Part shown: positions 9,201 through 32,276 of the stretch, piece by piece | Position numbering within the stretch: the stretch's first letter is position 1 | How the letters are laid out: every line of letters starts with the position of its first letter | Assembly (NCBI RefSeq): GCF_018350175.1 | Contig: NC_058375.1 | Coordinates: 372,001-436,000 of the forward strand | DNA length: 64,000 bases | Origin: Felis catus | Lineage: Eukaryota | Reading direction: 5' to 3' | The notes under the pieces: generated by a model | Seen by the model: only the letters and a program-made list of their open reading frames with translations | What the model was told of the DNA's origin: nothing | The model's database searches: none | Made by a program: the position numbers and the translations under genes

Positions 9201-12105
9201 TCCGTCTGCAGAGGCTGAGCCACCCAGGTGGCCAGAGCAGAGTGGGTTTCAGACTGGTGAGTGTCCCTAGGCCTGAAAGGTCCTGGCGAGCCGTCATTCT
9301 GCAGGGCTCTGCGTTGGGCGTGGGCAGGCAGGGAGGCTGTGCTGTGCTGACCCCATGCCCCTCAGTGTAACAGCACAGGCGGAGACTGCTTCTACCGGGC
9401 CTTCTCGTCAGGTGTGACAGCCGCCCGAGAATGGTACCGCTTCCACTATGTGAGCATCTTGGCCCTGCTGCCCGCTGCCCACGAGGACAGCCACCAGAGC
9501 CACGGTGGCCACTTTGTCTTCTCTTGCCAATTCGACGGCCGGGACTGCCAGGCCAGGTGAGTAGGGGTGGGGCGGGCGGGTGGCTGCTCCCCTCGCTCCA
9601 CCCTGCAGATATGGGTGCCACCGCTGAGTTTCCTCCAGAGATGACGCAGGTCAGAGTCCCTCAGGCCACATGCAGTGGGGTCATGGGTCAGAGGAGGGTG
9701 CTGGTCTGAGTGTGGCTCCCGGCTCCAGGCACTTCCAGACGTTCCACCACCCCACCTATGGCAGCTGCTATACCTTCAATGGTGTCTGGGCTGCGCAGCG
9801 CCCGGGCATCACCCATGGTGAGTGCCAGCCGCAGGCGGAGTGGGGGAGAAGGCATCCTGGCCAGCCTGGCCTCACCCCGCTTCTTCCCCCAGGAATCAGC
9901 CTGGTCCTCAGGACTGAGCAGCAGGACCACCTCCCGCTGCTGTCCACGGAGGCTGGCATCAAAGTCATGATTCATGAACGTGACCACACACCTTTCCTGG
10001 AGCACCAGGGTTTCAGCATCCGGCCAGGGACCGAGACCACCATCGGCATCCGAGAGGTGGGTGCGCCCCGTCCCGCCCACTCCCCACTCGCCTGCCCAAC
10101 CCTGGGGCCTCAAGGGCCGGGACAAGAGTGGGACTGTAGCGTTCTCCCTCCCCCAGGACGAGGTGCGCCGGCTGGGGAGCCCCTATAGTCACTGCACCGA
10201 CGGTGTGGAGGGTGTGGGTGGGCAGCTGCTGTACAATGCCTCCTATACCCTGCAGGTGAGTCTGGGGCCATGGGGTGGGAGGAAGGGAGCGTCTCAGGGA
10301 GGACCCAGGGGAGGCCGGGGGAGAGAGGACGGTCAGGAGAGGAAGTTGGGGGGGGGGGAGGGACGAAATGGGGAGAGGCGGGGAGGGCTGGGGGAAGGGG
10401 GGAGGGGGTGATGGAGGAGGGCCCAGGGAAGGCAGGTGCGCTGCTGAGAAGGAGCGGAGCCAGGACCTCCTGCACGCTCTGGCGGAGGGATGGCTGCCTC
10501 TGGAACCTTCAGCCCGTGTGCCCTGCTGTCCCCCCAGGCCTGCCTGGTATCCTGTTTCCAGCAGCTCATGGTGGAGACCTGCTCCTGCGGCTACTACTTC
10601 TACCCTCTGCCGGCAGGGGCCCAGTACTGCAGCTACTCCCGGCACCCAGCCTGGGGTGAGACCCGCCCCGCCCCGTTCCGCCCCGCCCCGCTCGCGCCCG
10701 CCCCGCCCCATTCCGCTCCGTTCCGCCTCGCCCCCTCCGTCCCGCCCTGCCCGCTCCTCCCCCCCACCCGCCCGTTCCACCCCGCCCCGTTCCGTCCCGC
10801 CCCGCCCGCTCGCGTCCGCCCCGCCCCGTTCCGCCCTGCCCGCTCCTCCCCGCCCCACTCCGCCCTGCCCCGCCCAGTCCGCTCCGCCCGCTCCGCCACG
10901 CCCCCCTCCGCCACGCCCTCCCCTGGGGGTGGAAGGAGGTCAGGCCTGGTCAACCTAGAAAGCTCTCCTCCACGCCACCCTGGGTCGGGGTGATGGGTTC
11001 ATCTGTGACCCCCCCCCCCCCCACCTCTGCAGGCCACTGCTTCTACCGCCTCTACAGGGACCTGGGGACACACCGACTTCCTTGTGCCTCCCGCTGCCCC
11101 AGGTCCTGCAGGTGAGTAGCAAGTGTTGGGGTTCAGGGTCAGGGGTCACTGCCATAGCACGACAGCAGGAGTGTTATGGGGATCTGCCTCTCCTAGGGAG
11201 TCTTCCTACAAGCTCTCTGCCGGGACCTCGAGGTGGCCTTCCTCCAAGTCAGCTGTGAGTCCGCTGAAGGGGTGGGGTGAGGGGCTGACAAGCTGGTGGG
11301 CCTCACAGGTCCCAAAGAGCCCACCCTGGACCAGGCTGTACCCCTGCTCTTACCCCTGCCCCACAGCACCCTGAGGGCTGGGAGGAGCAGTGGCCACAAC
11401 AAGGCTTCTGTGTGCAGGACTGGATCCTGGCTGCGCTGGGCAAGCCAGGCCGCAGGAGCTCAAGCCAGAGCAAGAGCCCAAGCCCAAGCCTCAGGTGGGT
11501 GCACTCCTCCTCCTCCAGAGGTCTCGCCCGGGCCCCTCCCCCTGACAGCCTTGCCCTTCTGGGCCCCAAGGAGGAGCCCTGCCCCTCACACCTCTGCCTT
11601 GCCCCAGGAGCAACATGGCCAAGGTGAACATCTTCTACCAGGAGCTCAACTACCGAACAGTGGAGGAGACACCCGTTTACTCGGTGAGCCAGCCAGGAAA
11701 CCAAGAGCTGTGGTGGGGGCAGGACCAGCCCTGGTCAGACCCCCCGGGGCCCGGCCATGGCGCAGCCCTGTGCACCTGCTCACAGCCCACTGATGCCTGC
11801 AGGTGCCCGAGCTGCTCTCAGCCATGGGCAGCCTCTGGAGCCTGTGGTTCGGCTCCTCTGTCCTCTCTGTCCTGGAGCTGTTGGAGCTGCTGCTCGATGC
11901 CGTAGCCCTCACACTGCTACTGGGCTGCCGCCGGCTCCGCAGAACTCAGGGGTCCCAGACAGGGGCAGCCACAGTGGCGTCCCACGCCAAGCCGGAGGCC
12001 AGCCAGTTGCCCACTGACTGCAGGAACGACGTTAATCATCTGGGGGGCCCTGCTGGCCTCTTCTCCCATGCCGCTTCTGGGAGCTGTGGCAGGAATCTTT
12101 GCTGA
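6270..12105 (+). CDS. SCNN1D: Epithelial sodium channel delta subunit (ENaC-delta), about 624 aa, intact ORF
   Basis: Exons 6270-6305, 8154-8530, 9049-9256, 9366-9556, 9729-9817, 9893-10056, 10157-10255, 10538-10655, 11033-11111, 11197-11254, 11418-11494, 11608-11683, 11803-12105 (1875 nt, phases consistent). ENaC/DEG motifs: FFCTNATIHG, FPSVTLCDMN, HPTYGSCYTFN, Cys-rich CLVSCFQ...CSC, and GSLWSLWFGSSVLS. No PY motif, which fits the delta subunit. The first exon is less certain than the rest. Confidence 0.93.
10661..10922 (+). repeat. (CCCCG)n-like low-complexity repeat in SCNN1D intron 8
   Basis: Degenerate ccgcccc/ccgttccg units over about 260 bp. Confidence 0.85.
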
Positions 12106-12667
12106 AGAGTTAGGCCAAGTGAGAGCCCCAGCCTCCTGTCACCTGAACCAGCCTGAGCTTGTTCTGAGCCCGAGGAATATGGGAGCGGTGGGCTCTCCTG
12201 GCTGCCCAGAGTGAACCAGACCAGCCCCACAGAGCCACCACCAGGCAGCCAAGCCAAGCCCAGGGCCCAGGAAGCAGCAGCACGGAGCCCGCAGGCAGGC
12301 AGGCAGGCACCAGGGTGCCCAGCCCATTGGTGGCCTCTCATCAGCCCAGTGGTGGCCTCACTCAAGGAGGCCCAGGGCAGGGGGGAGGGGAGTGTCCCCA
12401 CCACTCTGGATTCCTGCGTCTAGTCTGTACGTACCCGTGAGTGTGTGCATGCACGGGGGTGGGGGGGACCTCCACATGGGAGTGTGCCTGTGTTTGGTGT
12501 CACTGTCACGCAAAAACGTACGTGTGCTTCTGAGTGTGCCAACGTATCTGTCTACACCTATGTGTAGGTGTGTGCGGGCATCAGGCAGAGCCTTCCTTAA
12601 CTCAGGACAGGTGGAAGGAAGGGTAGGGCCAGGCCAAGGTAACCTTGGTGACCTTGGGCTGCTTTGT

Positions 12668-12673
12668 AATAAA
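12668..12673 (+). terminator. SCNN1D polyadenylation signal
   Basis: AATAAA about 560 nt after the stop, followed by GT-rich sequence. Confidence 0.6.
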
Positions 12674-13185
12674 ACTTGTGATCTCACCTGGTGGCCGAGT
12701 GTGTGCACCTCCCCAGTCACCCTTCCTGAGTAAGCTGGAACCCCCAGGCTGCACCACCACACCCCTCAGAGCCACAGACATGCTGTGGGAGCCAGGGGGC
12801 AGGAGGGCAGCTGTGCCCACAGCTAGCTTGCAGAGCCAGGGCTTGCCCAGGAGACAAGACCAGACCCAGATCACCCCCACCGCTTTGCATCCACCCCTAC
12901 TCCCTCCAGGGGCCACAGTCCAGGCCAGAGGAAGGCGGAGGGCCCAGGGAATGGGGCCTGTTGGTGTTGGGAGTCGGTTTCCATCAAAGAGGCCACAGGT
13001 CCCCAGCAGGTCCCCAGCAGGCAGAGGCTGGGTTCTGACTTACTGTGTCCTTTGGGGGCACTGGTGCTACCCCACTCAGGGCCACCCCTTGGAGAAGGCA
13101 GGTGACCCGGAGACACCCCCTCCCCAGCTGAGACAGAGTGGAGTGAGGCGGGTGAGCCAATGACAGGCAGGGGTGCAAGCAGCAG

Positions 13186-13191
13186 TTTATT
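13186..13191 (-). terminator. ACAP3 polyadenylation signal
   Basis: TTTATT on + (AATAAA on -), about 1.28 kb downstream of the ACAP3 stop. Confidence 0.65.
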
Positions 13192-14469
13192 AACTGTGAT
13201 CTGGAGCAGGGGGCGGGTCCTGCCAGCCCGAGGCCCTGATGCAGGTGGTGGGGTGGGAGGTGGGGGCAGAGCTCAAGCAGGGAGAAAGGAGGGAGTTAAT
13301 TCTGCTCTGTAGGGGTCACGGCCAACAGGCAAGGGAGATGGGGGGGCGCTTAGTCAGCACCCACCTTGCCGCCAATGGAGCCTCCCTGGACAGTTTTTGC
13401 ATAGTGACCGGCCAACTGGCCTTGGCCTGACCAAGGATGTAAGTTGGGGAGAGGCCCAGCCACTGCCCCAGGGCTCCAGGAAAGGGGAATGCAGAGCGAA
13501 CACCTTGGTGGGCCCTGGGGAGTGAGCTGAGGGACCCCTGGGCCCATCCAAGGGCCCAGCTAGAGGAGCGAGGCAGGTGAGGGGCAGAACAGAGCTGCAG
13601 GAGCCCCACCCCTCCCCCCCACCCCCCAGCAGCAGGCAGAGCCGGGCCCGTCCAGGTGGCCCTCAAGAGTCCACAGAGAAAAGACACAAGACAAAGTGAG
13701 AAAGAGATCGTTGTAGAAAATCCGCTCGGTCTGTGACAAAGAATGTCGGATGCAGGGGCGGAAAGTGCCAAAGTCCTTTATGCACCGGCTCTGGGCCAAG
13801 CGCCTCTGGAGGAGGCAGAGACAGGTCTCGGGCTGCCCAGGACTGGGGCCTGCGTGGCCAGCCACATGGCCTCGGGACGCCCGCGTCCAGCCAGGGCTGA
13901 GGCCTCAGGCCACAGCCCACCCCCCACCCCCCCACCCCCCCCCGCCCAGCACCCGAGAAGCCCAGCCTGGATGCCGGTCACTAAGTGAGGTACACGGGTT
14001 GATTCCCTGGATGGGCTGTCCCCTTCTGCCCTTGAAAGGCGCTGGTGGCCAGCCACCAGCCCCAAGGCCTAGCAGAGGGGCTCTGGGGGTGTGTAGGAGG
14101 GACCCAACTAGCAGGTCAGTGTTCCATGGCAGTAAAGGTGGGGGCACGAGGTGACACCGGCCCCAGAGCGGGGGAGGGAGGGTGGTTCTGAGGGGCACAA
14201 GGTGACACGGGGCCTTGAGAGTGGTTTGTGACATGAGCGACCCGGGCTCCCGAGGAAGGGGCCACCTGAAGACGGAGGGTCCCCGGGTGCGGCGAGGGGC
14301 ATCAGATGATGCAGCACCTCCCAGGGGGAAACGTGGGGCTTCGGAAGACCCCGTGCTGGGGTCCCTCTCACGGCCCTGGGGGTCGGGCAGCTCCCGGGAG
14401 GGCAGAGCAGGCAGCTGGGGCTCCAGGGAATGGCCGGGGCGTCCCGGGCAGGGCAGGGGCCTGGCCGCC

Positions 14470-28123
<13,654 letters not shown>

Positions 28124-28282
28124 GGCTGCGGCGGTGCGCGGCGCTCACTGACACGAGGACCGCTGAGCCCCGAGCGGCATCCCCGGCCGGCCCGCTCGCT
28201 CCTCCGTCAGCCGGCCCGCCCGCGCCGCGCTCGGCGCCCGCCCGCCCCGGAATGAGGCCGCCGCGCCGCCGCCCCGCCCCGC

Positions 28283-28416
28283 CTGTCACCGCCGGGGAAT
28301 GTCGCCAAAGTCCGCCGCCCGCGCGCGCCGCCGGCTGTCACGGCTGGGGAGCGTCGCCAATGTTCGCCGCCCGCGCTCGCCTCCCGCTGTCACTGCCGGG
28401 GAGCGTCGCCAAACTC
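28283..28416. repeat. 52-bp tandem repeat, about 2.5 copies, in the ACAP3 promoter
   Basis: Units start at 28283, 28335 and 28387 with CTGTCACnGCyGGGGAryGTCGCCAA; units 1 and 2 match at 43/52 positions. Confidence 0.85.
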
Positions 28417-28971
28417 CCCTCCCTGCGGCCACGGCCACGCCTGGCTCCGGCCCGGACGCCCCGTCGTCCTGCCGCCCCGTTCCCAGGCCACCGCGGGCTG
28501 GAAAGAGGGTCGGGCCCAGCGACAGTCGCCGGTCCGCGAGGGGCGGGGAGGGCGCGGGACTGCCCGCTCCAGCGAGGCGGCCGTTACGCAAGTCGGGGCG
28601 TTTGCGAAAACCGCTTGCGCGGATCGTGGGCACGGACGCACTCCAGGACGGTGGGAAGTGGGTGAGCGGGCGAGAGGACGGATGAAAGAGCGCCCGTCCG
28701 CGGAAGCCCCTCCCTGGTGCCACTGTCCGAATCCGATCCACGCGCTCCTCAGCCCGCTGGCAGTTTGCACCCGCTCCCTAAGTCCGGCCCCTCCCCTGCT
28801 CTGGCCTTCGGCGGCCTTGGGGCGAGCGAGTGCCTTGCAGGGAGGAAAGCTAAGGCGCAGGCGCAGCCGGGGGGCGTGGCCAGGCTGCTTCCGTGCGCGC
28901 GCGCAGGGCACACACGCGGATCTGCTCAGCCTGGCCCTTCTCGACCGGTCCTGGCTCTGCCGACTCCAGCC

Positions 28972-31644
28972 ATGGGCCCTGCCGCAGGCTCGGTGAGGGC
29001 GCGCTACCTCGTGTACTTCCAGTACTTGGGCACGGAGTTCAAGTACGTCTTCAGGACCTCCCATCCATGCCCGCGGCCCCCAAGTGTATCCCGGCATCCT
29101 AGGTGGGGCCGGGGAGGTGGCGGGGGAGCTAATTTAGGACTCGACGCCTGGGAAGGGAACGGGCTTGTGCGGGGCGGGCCTCCGTCAGCTAACCTGAGCC
29201 CGCCTCTGCCCGCAGCGGGGTCGCGGCCATCAGGGGCTCCCAGCGCGCCATCGGGGTCCAGAACTACCTGGAGGTGAGCTCCGCCGGCCACCCCCTCAGA
29301 AAGGAAAGAGGGAGACCCGGGGAATGGGCAGATGGGAGCCCCCGGGTCTCTGGGCTCCGGCCTTCGCCCTGCGCTGCCCACCCCGCCCCAGGCGGCTCTG
29401 TCCTCGCAGGAGGCTGCAAAGAGGCTGAATTCGGTGGTGCCGGTCAAGTTCACCATCTCCAGCCGCACGGATGCTGGAGTCCACGCGCTGAGCAACGCGG
29501 CTCACCTAGACGTCCAGCGCCGCTCAGGCCAGCCCCCCTTCTCCCCCGAGGTCCTGGCTGAAGCTCTCAATGCCCACCTGAGGCACCCGGCCATCCGGTG
29601 AGCACCTGTCTGCTGTCTCCAAACTGGTCCACTGTGGGTGGAGACCACGAGTCAGGAAGGACTTGGTGTCTGCCCAGAACTTGGGAATGATGGAGATACC
29701 AAGGGGTCACTTGGGCCCACGGGTGCATAGGGGTCATTCTGGTATGCCTGATCGTGCTCCCACAGGGTACTGCAGGCCTTCCGAGTACCCATTGACTTCC
29801 ATGCCCGCCATGCTGCCACATCCAGGACCTACCTGTACCGCCTGGCCACCGGCTGCCACCGGCCCGATCAGCTGTCTGTGTTTGAACGAAACCGATGCTG
29901 GGCACTACGGGCAGGGTGAGCGTGGATGGGAGGGAGCAGGAGAGGGTTGCCAGGCACACCTGGCTGGCTACTCCCTCCTGACCACTCACCTGTCTCCCTG
30001 CAGCTGCTTGGATGTAGAGGCCATGCAGGAGGCTGCCCAGCACCTTCTAGGGACACATGACTTCAGTGCCTTCCAGTCAGCTGGCAGTCCAGTCGTGAGC
30101 TCAGTGCGCACATTGCGCCGAGCTTCTGTGTCCCCTGACCTAGGCAGCCCCTTTGTCCTCCCCCAGGAGAACAGGTAATGAAAGGCACCTTGCACACTGG
30201 CCAGAGGCTGGGGGAGCTGGATTTAGATTTAGCACCTTCCTTGGTGAGGGTGGTGCAGGACACAGCTGGAGCTGGGTGCCCATCAGCAACCTCACAGAGG
30301 AGATGCTAGTCAGCTAAGTGGCATGGCCCCAACAACCATGAACCTACAGCTGTGCCCTCCCCGCCCTGGGCTGGGGTCCTGCCACACTGGGAACAGAGAA
30401 TGCTTTCTCCAAGGCCTCCCAGCCCTGTCCAGCCATGGCTCGTGGACTAGTAGATGGATCTCGGCAGCTGTTGAAAACACTTTGCTGGAAGAGAAGCACC
30501 AGGCCAGTGGTCCCAGCGCTACCTGGCAGGCGGTTGGTTCCACTGTTCCTGGGGCCTCTGGCCAGATGTCAGCTGTCGGCTTCCCAAACCTTCTCAGTCT
30601 GAGCCTGCACTGAAGGGAGGAGGAACTTCTGCATGATCAGCTGAAGAACCCCTACCCTGGGCCTTGGGTCTCTGGTAGAGGAGTTGGTCATGCTCACCTC
30701 CCTGCCCCAGAGCTGCCCTAGGACCTGTGCCTCAGCAGCACCTCCACCTGAGAGCCCTGTCCCCACTGCCTAGGCCTCTCAGAAGGCTCTGCAGCCCCTC
30801 CCGTTCACAAGGTCTCTCCCAGCAGCTTCACTTGAGGGCAGGGTGGCCAATGGAATCCCTAGGGTGGAAGAGAGAGTGGAAACCAGTCTTTCCTAGCTCA
30901 CTCCCCCTGCCCCCCTCCTCTGGGGCCACAGTGCAGACTGGGGGTTGTCCTGGCCCAGGTGTCACAGGTGCCTCTATCTCTAGGTTGCAGTTCTGGAACC
31001 TGGAGTTTGAGAGCCAGTCCTTTCTGTACAGACAGGTGGGTTTTGCCTGGGCCTCCAGGGATGGGGACGGACCCGAGGAGCTGGGTCACTATGGCAGTCT
31101 TGGCCTCGTATTGCAGGTTCGGAGAATGACAGCTGTGCTGGTGGCTGTGGGGCTGGGAGCTCTGATGCCCGCTCAGGTGAAGGTGATTTTGGAAAGCCGG
31201 GACCCCCTCGGCAGACACCAGACACGTGTGGCCCCGGCCCATGGCTTATTCCTCAAGTCAGTGCAGTACGGGAGTCTCGGTAAGGGTAGACAGCCTGGAA
31301 AAGTCCCTGCATGCACCCCAATGACTGAGCCCCTCCCAAGGTGGGGTGCTTGATGGGAGGAGGGGCTCCTGGTAGCAGCACAGCTGCAGCTCTCCTCTGT
31401 CCTAACAGGTGGGAATCCAGCCTGTGTTCAGCAGGAAAGCCAGGGCCCTGGAGGCAAGGAAGCCCCAACCAGGGTTGGACAAAAAGTCTCCAGCTGCTCC
31501 CAAAAGCAGGCAGCCTGGAGTGAGGGGTCTCCTTCCCCTGGGCCCTTAGAGCCAAGCCATACTCCTGACCCGGCCCCTGTGATCAAGTTCCCAGTAGGGA
31601 GGGAGGCTGAGGGGGCTCGCCTTAGGGAGCGGGGAGGGCCTTGA
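28972..31644 (+). CDS. PUSL1: tRNA pseudouridine synthase-like 1 (TruA family)
   Basis: Exons 28972-29042, 29216-29273, 29410-29597, 29766-29915, 30004-30174, 30984-31035, 31117-31279, then a terminal exon, probably 31409-31644 (alternative 31704-31795). Catalytic [10 protein letters not shown] motif, [26 protein letters not shown]. The C-terminal end is uncertain. Confidence 0.9.
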
Positions 31645-32023
31645 CAGGCAGAGGCTCTGCAGCCCAGAGGAAGCTGTGGCCTGGACAGGCCCAGCCCCTG
31701 TAGAAAACCTCCTGTACCCTGCAGGATTCACCACATGGGAGGCACAGATAATCCCCAGATGCCCAGCTGAGATCAGGGCAGCTGTGACATACTAGGCCCT
31801 GCCACTGGACCCTGCCCAGCTCTGCATGCCATGGAGCAGCAGGGACCAGCACTTGGCCATCCGGAGCCACAGCAGGCTTCCTGCCTCCCACTGGCCCATA
31901 CCTTCCAGAAGTCCCCACCTTCCTGGGTACCCCGGTCTGTCCCAGGTGGGCTGCTCTGGGTAGACTGCAGGAAAAAGGTCTGGGCATCAAGAAGGGAACA
32001 CCCATGTGGTCTTTGGTTCTCTT

Positions 32024-32029
32024 TTTACT
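32024..32029 (-). terminator. Probable INTS11 polyadenylation signal (variant AGTAAA)
   Basis: TTTACT on +, about 250 nt past the INTS11 stop; no canonical AATAAA seen closer. Confidence 0.45.
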
Positions 32030-32081
32030 GGACAAAATACCTCAGGAGCAACCACCCATCTCTTGGGGGCTCAGGAATAGA

Positions 32082-32087
32082 AATAAA
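32082..32087 (+). terminator. PUSL1 polyadenylation signal
   Basis: First AATAAA downstream of the PUSL1 terminal exon candidates. Confidence 0.6.
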
Positions 32088-32276
32088 GGGTGATGAAGTC
32101 CCCAGGCCTATTTCTTTCCTCAGCGAGAACTGGCCAATCACGTAGGCACATAACGCTGGTTGTGTCCTCACAGACAAGTGCTGTGACCAGCCGTGGGCTC
32201 CACATCCAGGGACACAGGGAAGACCTGAGGCACAGACATGGCTCTAGAGGGAAGCCTAGGGCCCTCTGGCTGGTGA

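Noticed and set aside
10013-10993. Long Gly/Arg- and Pro/Arg-rich ORFs (281, 227 and 167 aa)
   Set aside because: Products of low-complexity G-rich and C-rich introns.
6270-12105. SCNN1D as a pseudogene (as in mouse and rat)
   Set aside because: All 13 exons splice in frame with canonical GT-AG sites and no premature stop before the post-TM2 tail.
13762-13768. miR-17-family seed match (GCACTTT) in the ACAP3 3'UTR
   Set aside because: A single 7-mer is weak evidence without conservation data.
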